Shown: positions 21,946 to 34,504 of the stretch, piece after piece
Numbering within the stretch: the first letter of the stretch is position 1
How the letters are laid out: each line of letters starts with the position of its first letter
NCBI GenBank assembly: GCA_051294375.1
Contig: CM119267.1
Coordinates: forward strand, 23,646,257 to 23,710,256
Source of the DNA: Paraspadella gotoi
Lineage: Eukaryota > Animalia > Chaetognatha
Direction: 5' to 3'
Length of the DNA: 64,000 nt
Position numbers and translations under genes: made by a program
Notes under the pieces: model-generated
What the model was told of the DNA's origin: nothing
Database searches by the model: none
The model's input: only the letters and a program-made list of their open reading frames with translations

Positions 21946-23281
21946 CTGGACAACATTTTTTAACTTTTTAATATGTTCACAATCCCTTCTTTAAAGGCTT
22001 GTTTGTTTGTCAATAAATTAAAATTACAATGAAGTTTTGGTATAAATGCCTCACGGGCAGGACAAGTTATTGCCTTTCATTCGCTTACTACAGATCTTTA
22101 GATAAGACAACTAGCTATTCTACCACTCTTGTCACATCCCATTCTCTCGCAATAAGACTAACCGACACCACAGACATCTAGTATCTGTTAAACTTTGCAG
22201 ACTTTTTGGAAAGAGAAAACAAATCTCATTCTAGCAGCATTGCTGGTTTATGACAGGCATTTCTGCTGCGTTGGCAAAGCATGGCACGGTTGGCTTATAT
22301 AATCGCACATGATACATTACATGATATAGTAAGGCGGGCCAAAATTGAACTCTTTTTATATCTTTAAGTTCTCTCAAAAAAATTTCTTTTTTCCTTCTAT
22401 TACTAAATCAATGCAGCTTTTTGAATTAGTTCATCGGGTTGTTGCACTGAAGCTTTTAAATATTTATTAATAAATAAGAAATGACAAAATTTTTTAAAAT
22501 TTTTTTTAAAGAACGGATTCCTATAGAGCTTGAAAAGTTAAATGAATGTTAGTAATACAATTTTTTTAAATTTTGACAATAAATTGGTTAAAAATAAGAA
22601 AAACCTTAAAAAATCATCATCATCATCATCATCATTGGCTGAATTTTATAGTTTATTAAAATTTCATCCATAAAACAACAAAAATTTTAAAAAGTTGAAT
22701 TAATGACATTTATCTAACTTTTAAAGCTCTATCAGAACCTATTAAAAAAATCGAAAAAATTAAAAAACAATCTATATATAAAATATATATAAGTTATAAA
22801 ATAATCTTTAAATGATTCCGTGGGCTTATCAATAAGATAAATTTTAAAAGTTATTTTCATTTTCATATTTTCTAACAGTCACTAAACCATTATTTATTTG
22901 AGAGAACTTCTAGTTTTTAACCTGTTCCGGCCTAATGATATAGTCCCTCAGGAGCTGAATTGACCAACGCGAACTGGTAAGATACCTTTAATTAGCACAT
23001 CAAGCTTCCACTGTTTTTACAAAACTGATTGTCTCAACAAAGAAAACTGGTTTATACTCTGTGATAGTCTGTTTTTCAACTTTAGATTAACTTTAAATAA
23101 AAGTTTTAAGTTTTTTTTAAATCGAAATTTTTTTTGCTACTAATATATAGTTTAATCCTTTAATTTAATTCTTATCCTACTAATTAAAACGTCCGTTTTT
23201 TTATAAATTACCCAGTTTAGGAAAATTGATAAGTAAATTTAACTTTAAACCAATTGCTTCTATTACTTATCATAATCTTAC

Positions 23282-23326
23282 CTGCAGTACACTCGATAAG
23301 ATGAAAGAGTAAGCTATGAGTCCCAT
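23282..23326 (-). CDS. XK-related protein exon 1
   Basis: MGLIAYSFILSSVLQ with consensus donor CAG|GTAAGA; completes the first helix in phase with DVGSD. Confidence 0.75.
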
Positions 23327-23574
23327 GATTGAAAAAAAATATAACTATCATTGACCAAAAAAGGTCTATTGTATATTCAGTGAATCTTTTCTAATTCACA
23401 GTTTCTCTCTTTTACGAATTGAATTGATATCATGAATAAGCGTGAATATGATATCATTGAAAGAAAAATGAAAAAGAGAGAAATATGCGCGACTATTTAT
23501 AGAATGAATCAGGGATTTGTTTCAGCGGAAATCGCGATGGATGATTAGAATTGTAGAAAGAAAGATAAATACAC

Positions 23575-23657
<83 letters not shown>

Positions 23658-25216
23658 ACAAACAAATTACCCAGCGATGACGGCGACGACAAAAAATCGC
23701 ATAATTCGCTTCCATATTAAGCTCATTGCTGTGTCACAGTAAAGGTTGTTTCAAAGAATATGTCTGTGGAATTGGTTAAATTGGTTATTTAATAATTCAT
23801 AATTATGTATAAATTGTATATATATATATATATACAATAATATTTACAAATATTTATATATTGTTTATTTCATTAAAGTGACTAATTTATGGTACAACCA
23901 CTGTAGAAAAAAAATTGTCATATTTACTATTATAAAAATCTTGTTCTTTAAAGAATAATATTGTTCTTTCATTTTCCTTTCATTATTACGTTCATTATGT
24001 TTTACCTTGTTTTGACTTAGTTTTTACTCTTTTACTTTGTTTTTGTTCTCAGACTTAGTTTTGTTTGATGTTTGATGAACGGAAACAAATATGTTGAATT
24101 CAAAATAAACCCAAGTATTTTCATATAAATGTTTACAGTATCCAAAGGGTTAAAATATATCAAATATAAAGCCTAGCTAATAAGTCGTTAAATATTATAA
24201 ATACTGTTCTGATAAAGACGACACTATACAACTTTAATATTTTTAATATGCACTTATTTCAGTACTATTTAAAAAAGAATGTTTCTGACCCGTTTGCAGG
24301 CTTCACTGTACGTAGACGAAGAAAATCAATCTCTTCAGGACAGGAATTGTATTCATCGACATAAATCGTTTGGGCTTCGATTAGCCGATTGTTGATTTGA
24401 TGTGCCAATCGATTGCAGATAATCAATAACAAAATATAGTGGAGGTAATGAGATTGATGTCCGATTAATGTGACAATGGAAATAAAAAAAAGCTAATGCT
24501 CTCATTTCTATTTTTAATTATTTGGTATTGCATACATTCAACATAAATTGTATAAATAAAATAAATACAATTTTTTAAGCAACGTGACATACTAATAGTG
24601 GGAACAGAAATAAATTAGTAAAATCGATTGTGACCAAATAATCTAACATATGTTTCCAACATAACAAATTCACAATAAGCTGGTTTAAATATTTAATGAT
24701 CCTTTAATGTGATCAGTAGTTCAGGCTTAACATTTTAAAAACCTAGATCTTACTTTTGTCGTCTATACAAACATTGATTCTTTCCATAATTGAAACTTTG
24801 TAAGAAAACTGTCAATCACATGAGATCTAATTATAATTGATTTTGGTCTTTGCTCGCTATATATAACTTTGACGCTAATTGATTAGAATACAAAATTGCA
24901 GCTTGAATTTTGGATTTGAGTTTCAATAGCGACAATGCTATATGTAGTTTTAAAAAATCGATACCTTAAAAAATTTTAGATAAAAATAACGCTATGTATA
25001 ATTGAAAGAAAATTGGCAAATGACAGAAGAGCGATCTGAATCCATCCAATAAAAAAATCAAGTTGCACGTAAACTTGACGTCACTTCCGACGTCGAGAAC
25101 CTCGAAGACAATCGGCAGAAGTTTTGACAAAATTCTCCGCATCACGATGATTTCTGAATTTAATAAATTGAATCAATCAGGATGTGACAAAATGGTCGAA
25201 AAGTATCAGAAATGCG

Positions 25217-25352
<136 letters not shown>

Positions 25353-25791
25353 TCCTGAATTTTCCTCGTCTCGAACAGCCGTTGAAATAATAATTACAAG
25401 CTTGACAATTACTTATGACATATCAATCATAGTTAATAGATTCCAATTTTCGCTCTGCCATTTTCATGATTTCTCTCCGACTCATCCAGTCACCCATTTT
25501 CAATAAGGGGTTTTCATCTGTTCATTTTACTGCACAATGTGCACATTCACATTCACTTTCCCATTCACATTCACGCTTCTTCGTACAACGACCTTTATTC
25601 TACGCCTAAAAACTACATCCACCAACCATTTTTAAACATTCCAGCCTCTTATCCCCCTACCACTTTCATTCTACCCTCCATCCACTCCACCACCCCCTCC
25701 ACCATCCTATACCTACCACCTCCATCCACTCCACCACCCCCTCCACCACCTCCATCCCCAGCTTCGCCCCATCGACCGATGATCGCGTTGG

Positions 25792-26305
25792 ACACGAAAT
25801 CAAAGCCAAAAAAAAAGAGTCAAACGGAAAAATCACTTTTGACGAAATCACACGAGTTTTCTTTTTTTATCCGAGAGAAAAGAGAAAAATCTACATATGA
25901 ATGAAGTCGGCGTCATTGTCGTTCTTGTCAATGTCGTCGTTGTAGTTGTCATCTTTGTCGTTGACGTCTTTGTCGTTGTCATCGTTTTCGTTGTCGTCTT
26001 TGTCNNNNNNNNNNNNNNNNNNNNNNNNNNNNNNNNNNNNNNNNNNNNNNNNNNNNNNNNNNNNNNNNNNNNNNNNNNNNNNNNNNNNNNNNNNNNNNNN
26101 NNNNNNNNNNNNNNNNNNNNNNNNNNNNNNNNNNNNNNNNNNNNNNNNNNNNNNNNNNNNNNNNNNNNNNNNNNNNNNNNNNNNNNNNNNNNNNNNNNCG
26201 TCTTTGTCGTTGTCGTCTTTGTCGTTGTCGTCTTTGTCATTGTCATCTTTGTCGTTGTCGTCTTTGTCTTTGTCGTTGTTGTCTTTCTCGTCGTCGTCTT
26301 TGTCG

Positions 26306-26336
<31 letters not shown>

Positions 26337-27160
26337 TTTGAAAGAAAGAAAGAAAGAAAGAAAGAAAAGAAAGAGAAGAAAGGAAAGAATGAATCCGCCA
26401 AGTGTCACACTACCAAGCACACATAGTAACACAAAAAGCCAAAGAACACAGAAAAATGAAAGGGGTCTAAAGAAGAGTACGACATAATATACCACTAGTT
26501 AAAATCCCAGTACCACCACTTATTCGACACTTAAGTAAGTAAAGTTGACATAACGAACTCACGCTCATAAGCAACAACATCATCCTCTGCTCAGCCATCA
26601 TCTCGCACAGCGCCTTTTTGTAGTCCTCTAGCCTTCGCCCCAATCGAGCGCCCCATCTGAGTAAGTGATCGCGTATCTGGAGCGCACACGAAATCAAAGC
26701 CAAAAAAAAAGAGTCAAACGGAAAAATCACTTTTGACGAAATCACACGAGTTTTTCTTTTTTTATCCGAGAGAAAAGAGAAAAATCTACATATGAATGAA
26801 TCGGCGTCATTGTCGTTCTTTGTAATGTCGTCGTTGTAGTTGTCATTCTTTGTCGTTGACGTCTTTGTCGTTGTCATCGTTTTTCCGTTGTCGTCTTTGT
26901 CGTTGTCGTCTTTGTCGTTGTCATCGTTTTCGTGTCGTCTTTGTCGTTGTCATCGTTTTTGTGTTGTCTTTGTCGGTGGTCGTCTTTATCGTTGTCGTCT
27001 TTGTCATTGTCATCTTTGTCGTTGTCATCTTTTTCGTTGTCGTCTTTGTCGTTGTCGTCTTTGTCGTTGTCGTCTTTGTCATTGTCATCTTTGTCGTTGT
27101 CGTCTTTGTCTTTGTCGTTTGTTTGTCTTTTTCTCGTCGTCGTCTTTGTCGTTATTTATT
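25792..27160. repeat. Direct duplication (~25792-26340 and ~26686-27160) including a (TTTGTCGTTGTCGTC)n array; probable gap-filling artefact
   Basis: Shared ACACGAAATCAAAGCC...CTACATATGAATGAA block. The first copy spans an N gap, and noisy sequence lies between the copies. Confidence 0.8.
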
Positions 27161-27172
27161 TATTTATTTATT

Positions 27173-27203
<31 letters not shown>

Positions 27204-27314
27204 TTTTATTATTTATTTTATTATTTTTTATTTTTTATTTATTTATTTTTATTTATTTATTTATTTATTTATTTTAATTTATTTATTTATTATTTATTTA
27301 TTTATTTATTTATT

Positions 27315-27348
<34 letters not shown>

Positions 27349-27359
27349 TTTATTTATTT

Positions 27360-27403
<44 letters not shown>

Positions 27404-27450
27404 TTATTTATTTATTTATTATTTATTTATTTATTTATTTTATTTATTTT
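27152..27450. repeat. (TTTA)n microsatellite
   Basis: About 300 bp imperfect tetranucleotide array. Confidence 0.98.
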
Positions 27451-27538
27451 TGTTTTTCTTCTTTTTTTTTCCGGCGTCTACGTACGAGAACATGCTTTGA
27501 CGAATGCAGCGTAAAAAACTCCATTATCTAAAATCTAA

Positions 27539-27625
<87 letters not shown>

Positions 27626-27820
27626 GGAACCAATTTAAGAAAAAGCGAAAAATCTCTGTCGAAGAATGGGAGAGCATATTTCGGAATTGACAACCAAATT
27701 GAACATACCTCTTTGGGCCTACGAAATTGAGAGAAACCGAACGAAGCAATGAAACGAGAGAGAGAGAGAGAGAGAGGAAGAGAGAGAGAAGAGAANNNNN
27801 NNNNNNNNNNNNNNNNNNNN

Positions 27821-27857
<37 letters not shown>

Positions 27858-28052
27858 ACGATGACCGAGAACCGGCAAGTTACTTTCTTGTTTAGACTCT
27901 TTAGATTAAGAGATTGACTACACAAAATGTGTGAGACTTTGCCTTATTTTTTATATATTCTTTACAGAGTTTAGAGCTATAGTACAAACTATGGGAATAG
28001 TTTCAATGATTGTTCCTCGTCGCTTGACTCGTCTATTGTTTTTTTTTTCCAT

Positions 28053-30065
28053 TTAGTCGAGCGAAAAATCTTCTTCAATTCTTCCCATTTGTTGAATGAG
28101 TCTTTCACGGGCGTCGCAGTCATTGGTGTTCATCGCCCAACCGGTGAAGGAAGACATCAAGTCGGTCAGGGTCAAATTACCCGCGGCGTTGTTGTTGTTG
28201 CTGTTGTTGTTGTTGCTCTCTCCGTTGATGCCAGAAACGGCCAGGTTTCCAAACATCTCGGTCAACGACGCGTCTCTTGGAAATTGCCGCATCGTTGGTT
28301 GCCTGGAGACGCAAGACGCGGCGGCAGAGGCGCCTATTTCTTGAAGACTGATGGAATTTTCTTCGGCCACCCGTTCCGCCAGGTTATTCAGCCTTTCTTC
28401 AAAATCTCGAAACTTTTCCGCGGCCTTGCAACTTGGACACAGTCCCGGAATCTTCGAGTAGTCGATAGCGGTAAAGGTTGGCAAGGCGACGCCGGCTTCG
28501 ACCGATCTGACAAAGATGACGACGAGGTCGTCGGCGGAGACTCGGTCTCGATCGGTTCCAACTCGTTCGAGCCACACCTCTGCCACAAAATGACAGAGTA
28601 GACGAAGGGAGGCGTCGATTTCTTGCGAAGAAAAGAAAATGGCGACTTCTTCGACGAGGACATCTTTCGGCAGAAGTCGGCGATAATTGGCGACGATGTA
28701 GAGCAAAGAATCCACGATCTCGTTTCGATCTCTCGTTTCACAACGAAGAGACGGAATGGTCTTGACGAGAAATAAACGCTCGGATGCTCCGTTGCTTTCG
28801 GCTATCCAATCCAAAGACGCAAACGAATCCACGGAACTAAAGTTTAACAACCCGTTCAAGTTACCCATCAACGCTCGAGCCCAATCTCCTTGAAAAACGG
28901 CGTCGTGCAAGTAACTCATCCAAGACTCAAAACCGTTGCTTGGCAACAGATCCGGATTTGTTCGCAAAAAACGAGTTGCCGTCGCTCTGCCGACGTTTGT
29001 TAAGATATCGAGATTGAAGGGCGAATCGGGAGATTGAATCAAATTCTGTACGCCGAACAGCGGAGAGGTCTGCATCGACTCGAGGAAACCCGACATGTCA
29101 ATGTGAAAGTTGCCTCCCTCGGGGGTCAGATTGAAATCGAATTGACCGTTCGCATCGATGGCAGAAAGGAGTGGGCAGAAAAAGCGAGGATAGCGCATCA
29201 CGATTCCGAATTGTTCGAAAACAACTTTGGCTCGATCCGCAATTTCCTTTTTCTTACTCTCGTCGGCGAAAGGAAATTTATCGAGGATATATTCTTGGCA
29301 AAGTTCCAGAGTCAGTGGAAGAATCTTCAAATGAGATTCGACCAAGATTTGAGAGGGAAACTTTTCGTGTCTCGTGAAAATGACCATGGAAACCTTGGAC
29401 CTTGGCCTGCGGTCTTCCCGGAAATACTCGAGAATGGAGTCTTGGGTCTCACGTTCCGCCGAATCAAAATTGTCGAAAAGAACGAGAACGAAATCTTCGT
29501 CCAACGCAATTTCGGCGGCCAACTCCGGTGAAAAATCTTCGGAATCGAAAGGCTGGAATATTGCGGCGAGTTGAGCGGCGACGTCCGTGCTGTTGACTTC
29601 CTCGAGGTCGACGCGGACGACGGCTTTGAAGTCGTGCAAAAGTTTTCCTCTGGCCCATTTGCGAGGGATAAATCTCGTGGTTTCCGTTTTCCCGCTTCCC
29701 GTCGTTCCGGTCACGACGATCCGCTTCTTGCCATCCAAAATGTCCGATTCCAACGCCTTCACCAACCTCGCGTCCCGCGCCGTCCGTCCGTCGGCGCGTG
29801 CGCAGAGTAGATCGATGTAACACGAGTCAAGATCGAGAGGTTTAGCGCCAACGATTATCGGAACCGTCATTTCTCGATACGAGGACAAATGATTTCTTTT
29901 GAGGTTTTTACGAAGAAGCATCATGACCGGGCCGTTCAAGTAAGGCGATAGTCGGGGTCCTTCGTAATATTGGCCGGCGATGACGGAGTTTAGGGCAATG
30001 ACATTCTCTTCTTCCACTATCATCTCCCCTTCTTCCATTTTTATCACCATTTTACTTTTCGCCAT
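28053..30065 (-). CDS. NACHT-family STAND NTPase (NLR-like), single long exon, ~670 aa
   Basis: Pre-NACHT LDLDSCYIDL, Walker A RIVVTGTTGSGKT, RKWARG..FKAVVRVDLEEV, Walker B VLVLFDNFD, sensor MVIFTR, ILPLTLELCQEYI. First ATG at 30065; true start uncertain. Confidence 0.9.
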   Translation of the reverse strand: MAKSKMVIKMEEGEMIVEEENVIALNSVIAGQYYEGPRLSPYLNGPVMMLLRKNLKRNHLSSYREMTVPIIVGAKPLDLDSCYIDLLCARADGRTARDARLVKALESDILDGKKRIVVTGTTGSGKTETTRFIPRKWARGKLLHDFKAVVRVDLEEVNSTDVAAQLAAIFQPFDSEDFSPELAAEIALDEDFVLVLFDNFDSAERETQDSILEYFREDRRPRSKVSMVIFTRHEKFPSQILVESHLKILPLTLELCQEYILDKFPFADESKKKEIADRAKVVFEQFGIVMRYPRFFCPLLSAIDANGQFDFNLTPEGGNFHIDMSGFLESMQTSPLFGVQNLIQSPDSPFNLDILTNVGRATATRFLRTNPDLLPSNGFESWMSYLHDAVFQGDWARALMGNLNGLLNFSSVDSFASLDWIAESNGASERLFLVKTIPSLRCETRDRNEIVDSLLYIVANYRRLLPKDVLVEEVAIFFSSQEIDASLRLLCHFVAEVWLERVGTDRDRVSADDLVVIFVRSVEAGVALPTFTAIDYSKIPGLCPSCKAAEKFRDFEERLNNLAERVAEENSISLQEIGASAAASCVSRQPTMRQFPRDASLTEMFGNLAVSGINGESNNNNSNNNNAAGNLTLTDLMSSFTGWAMNTNDCDARERLIQQMGRIEEDFSLD

Positions 30066-30160
30066 TTTTTGTTTAGCCCAATACAAGGTAACAATAAAAA
30101 TTCCGCCACAAAAAATTGTCTTTGAGTAACCATTGAGATTTTAACCTTTCGAGATTTCGT

Positions 30161-31030
30161 TTATAGTCGGATCTGCTTATCAGCAGATCCCGACTCTATA
30201 ATTCACTTTGTCGGTCCATCGGTCCGCCCCCTCAATATTGTCGGCCATTGACTTATATCATTTCAGAACATCGAATTATGATAAATTAGGCAAAAAACAA
30301 AACGATGTCCGTCCGTCTGTCTGTCCGTCTGTACGTCCGTCCGTCCTTCCATCCGTGCGTCCGTCCCACCTTAGCAAAAAATATGAATTACTTCAGATTG
30401 CATGGATGGATTGGAATGAAATTTTGTGTGTGGGTAGGGAAGAGTGTGATTGAGCTGGATATGAAGTTTCGATAGAATCGTCCGAGTGGAAATGAGTTTA
30501 AATGAAAAAAACAAAAAAATATGTTTTATTCTTTCAACACCAATTAATCATGAGTGGATGGGGAGATTGACCTGAAATTTTGTATGTGGGTAAGAAAGTA
30601 TGTGAATAAGCTGGAAATCAAGTTTCGATGGAATCTTCCAAGTGGAAATGAGTTGAAATGGAAAAAACAAAAAACCTGTTTCACTAATTGATTATGCTTC
30701 TTTTTCTTTTTATAGTAAATGAAAATGCAAGATGTATTAATTAATCAAATAATTAATCAGTTAATTATTCAATTAATCAATTGATTAATCAATAATTACT
30801 TAATCAGTCAATCAATCAAGTCAGTCATTATTGGCATTATTCTCATCGTCGTCATTGCTTTTATCGTGGTTAGTGACGAAAAGACCTAAAAACAAACATT
30901 TTGGATAAAATTAATTAATTAATTGCCTAATTAAATAATTAATTAACTTGAATTAGTTACTTATTAATTAATTAATTAATTACCGATAATGATCGTGGGC
31001 AGATCCGACATTGTTTGCTCAAACTTGTTT
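30161..31030 (+). mobile_element. DINE-1/HINE-like non-autonomous Helentron, apparently complete
   Basis: 11-bp subterminal IRs GTCGGATCTGC (30166) / GCAGATCCGAC (30999), 5' internal IR at 30183, (GTCY)n microsatellite 30307-30366, short 3' hairpin GTTTG-CT-CAAAC and ACTTGTTT end. Confidence 0.8.
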
Positions 31031-31316
31031 ATATTTAAAATTAAAAACTTTTGTAGTTTTGGGGTTTTTTTTTCCGTTCTTTACCATTTTAACTTTAACA
31101 CTTAGCCACCGAAGGATCATAAAGGCAAAATTAACTCTTATATCATTTTTCTAAAATATATATTTAATTTTTTACGTTCAATGATGGATTTCAAATTGTC
31201 ACCTGGTAATTAAAAAAAAATAATTTAAGCTTGAAAATGAAGGATATCTTCTTTTTTTTTCAATAGCAGGAGGAACTTGTATCAATAATAAAAAAACTGA
31301 AGGAAAGATTTTTTAA

Positions 31317-31641
31317 AAACAAGTTTGAGCAAACAATGCCGAATCTGCCCACGATCATTAGCGGTAAGCAGCTGATCAGATAATCAATTAATTATTTTTT
31401 TTTATTCAATTTTCTCTTATTTCTATCGAAAGTTGATTTCCTGCCCAATCACACACTTTCCTACCCACATACAAAAGTCAAGTCAATCGCTCCTTCCTCT
31501 CATGAGTAACGGATGGATATGAATTTTTTTGCATAATTTATCATAATTCAATATTCTGAGATGATGTAAGTGACTTTTGGGACCGACGGACCGACAAAGT
31601 GAATTATAAAGCCGAGATCTGCTGTAAGCAGATCCGCCTAA
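31317..31641 (-). mobile_element. Second, internally deleted copy of the same HINE in opposite orientation
   Basis: AAACAAGTTTGAGCAAACAATGCCGAATCTGCCCACGATCATTA and GACCGACAAAGTGAATTATA..GATCTGCTGTAAGCAGATCCG are reverse complements of both ends of 30161-31030. Confidence 0.8.
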
Positions 31642-32138
31642 AAATTTAATAGTCTTTTATCAATTATTCAATTTTTTTCGTAAGATAAGAGAATTTTGCG
31701 GGAGCGGCCAAAAAAAGAAGAGTAAATTTTCGGACCGATTCATGATTAGTAATGAACTGAATGAATGAATGAATGAATAGATCAAATGATCATAAATGTA
31801 ATCTGAAGAATGCGGTATGAATGAGGGAGAAAAAAATAAATGTCTTAATTTGTTAAAAGAGTGCAGTTGATGTTTAGTACAACTTTTGCTTGAATTAAAA
31901 ATTTCAAAATTCGGCTGCAATAATAGAGAATCGGGAATTTTTTAGATAGAAAGACCTTTGGACTTTTGAACTCAAAGGAGCGGTAAAAAAAATATTGGAG
32001 ACGGGGCACAAGTAAAAAAGAAAGAAATTAACGGGAACAAATGGGGTAACAAATGGGGAATTGTTGTGGGCGATGCCGGAGGGCGCCGGACGGGCTTGGG
32101 AAGCACGAGACCCTCTCACGCGTAGACCACAATGTCAG

Positions 32139-32420
32139 TTAGCCACACGGGACGGCACGGTCGACCGCAATGAAGCCCACTGTGTAGGATCTGTGAATAT
32201 GAATACACAAGAGAACGGGGGACGCCAACTAAATTAGACTCACACTCGAAAACATACTTTCTAATGATGTCACGATGCTCACTTAACTGAAAGGGAACAA
32301 GTAATGAATCGATTATGAATACACAATGAATATCATTAACTATGAATGTCACATCGGTAAGTTCAGAGTCTTTGAAGGATCCCCTTCACAATACGGTCTC
32401 CAACAATGATTCCACCCTTT
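32139..32420 (-). other. Three short putative exons (32420-32353, 32286-32258, 32190-32139) separated by 66- and 67-nt GT-AG introns
   Basis: Acceptors CCTCAG, CCCTTTCAG, TTCACAG; donors GTGACA, GTATGT. The spliced frame contains one TGA, so coding status is doubtful. Confidence 0.35.
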
Positions 32421-32436
32421 CTGAGGTTAAGGGATG

Positions 32437-32566
32437 AGAGGTAAGGATTAAGTTAGCTTAAGGGATTAGCGGTAAGGATTAAGTTAGTTTAAGGGATTAG
32501 AGGTAAGGATTAAGTTAGCTTAAGGGATTAGAGGTTAGGATTAAGTTAGCTTAAGGGATTAGGGTT
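32437..32566. repeat. 31-bp tandem repeat x4
   Basis: AGAGGTAAGGATTAAGTTAGCTTAAGGGATT units. Confidence 0.92.
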
Positions 32567-32766
32567 AATGATTGGGTTATGGATTTGTTAACTGATTTTC
32601 GCTGAAATTGGAAAAGAGAGCCGAAAATAAAACAAAAAAGGAAAAAATAATTAGAGAGACTCGTAGAAAATATTTTGATAAACAGAGTCTGACGGACGGA
32701 TTAAAAGACTGACAAAAACGGATTTAAGATTCTGCCTGAAAATCCAATAACCCATTACCTTTCGTT

Positions 32767-32837
32767 CCAATCAGAAACCGAAGACGTTTGTCGTTCAATC
32801 AAAGAACGACTAGCTCTTTGTTCAACCAATCAGAAAC
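32767..32837. promoter_or_regulatory. Two CCAAT boxes (CCAATCAGAAAC x2)
   Basis: NF-Y-type CCAATCAG at 32767 and 32826, beside a minus-strand donor AAG|GTAATG at 32758. Confidence 0.35.
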
Positions 32838-32904
32838 TGAGATTCTTCGCGCCTCAGAACGTAGAAGACGAAAGTCTTAAGATTCGTCGTTTCATTCGAC
32901 ATCT

Positions 32905-32936
<32 letters not shown>

Positions 32937-32944
32937 TTCCTCTG

Positions 32945-32981
<37 letters not shown>

Positions 32982-33037
32982 TCGTTTGTTTTGTTTTGAA
33001 CTTTTTCTTTCATTTTTGCTTTATCTCTTTTTTTCGT

Positions 33038-33121
<84 letters not shown>

Positions 33122-33321
33122 TCACTCTCTATTTCTTTCTTTCACTCTCTCTTTCTTTCCTTCTTTCTATTTATTCCTCCTTTCATTCCTTCCTTCTCTC
33201 CATCTTTCGCTTCCTTCTTATTTTCTTTCCATCCTTCATTCATTTTTCTTTTTCTTCTCTCATTCGATCTTCTTTTTTTTTTCAGACGAAAAAAATTCTT
33301 CTAATCAAAGTCGTTGAATTT

Positions 33322-33352
<31 letters not shown>

Positions 33353-33422
33353 CGTCGTCGTGTCGTCGTCGTCATTCTTTTTTCGTCTGCTCATCGCAAG
33401 CATCTAACGACGTTACCTTTTT

Positions 33423-33460
<38 letters not shown>

Positions 33461-33486
33461 CTCTCTCTTCTCTTCTCTCTCTCTTC

Positions 33487-33519
<33 letters not shown>

Positions 33520-33689
33520 TTTCGTGTAATTTTCGAAGTCAATTTTTTTAAATATGCGTCATTGTTTTATACTATTATGGTAATCATTATAAACTTTTTC
33601 TCAGTAATATCAAAATTGAAAGTTTGAAATTTATTTCTTGTCTGGGTAGTGGGTACCCAACTAACGACTTACGCATTTGAGAGAGAGAG

Positions 33690-33771
<82 letters not shown>

Positions 33772-33831
33772 GAGAGAGAAGCGCTTTTTCTCAGGTCATG
33801 CCGCAAATTTGATCCCCCCTCTAAAAAAAAA

Positions 33832-33883
<52 letters not shown>

Positions 33884-34504
33884 GGGAGGGAGGAGGAAGG
33901 AGAAAAATGTTTTCATGATTCGCGTCTTTTACGGATTTTTTGAACGATGGAACTTTGGCTTAAATTGAGGTTGAGCCTCTCATCCATGGAGTTGTTGTTG
34001 TTGTTGTTGTCGATGTTGTATTTGTTGTCGTTGTTGTTAAGCTCGAAAATAATGTTCACCTCTTCGTCTTTCTTTATATTTCCTCATTTTGATAACTTCT
34101 CTTCTTTCTTTTTAATCCACTAATTTTCTCAAAACTCGTAAATATCTTTTTTCAAAAACGCGACGAGCCTTTTTACAGAGATATTTTCCGTATATTGTAA
34201 GAAATGTACTTCTCGTTAACAATTTTACTGTTATTGTGTTAAAGTTTCACGTATTGAGCATAAAAAAAATCAAATGAAATAAAAAAAGATATTAGCATTA
34301 AATATTGCCCCTATAATCAAAATTACGTTACCATTTACGTAAAAAGTTTTCTTATAGACATTGTGTTAAGTTAAGTTTAGTTAAAAAAAAAGAAAAAACC
34401 AAGTTTATTTACAAACAACGGGTTCGTTGTCTGTTAACAAACTTTGTTTTCTCTTTAAAGTTTTATTTTTAATATTTTGTATGAACCATCTTTTACTACA
34501 ATCC

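Noticed and set aside
25500-26690. Unique-looking low-complexity sequence around the direct duplication (also ~46992-47300 and ~62640-62900)
   Set aside because: Looks like uncorrected noisy read sequence next to gaps; not interpretable.
28089-29823. Antisense and alternate-frame ORFs over the NACHT gene
   Set aside because: Expected shadows of a GC-richer coding sequence; no motifs of their own.
32822-32905. GIY-YIG-like peptide FVFYVLRREESQFLIG, and SGNH-like IIVGDRIVKGI at ~32370-32418
   Set aside because: Both are very short and immediately followed by stops; chance resemblance cannot be excluded.
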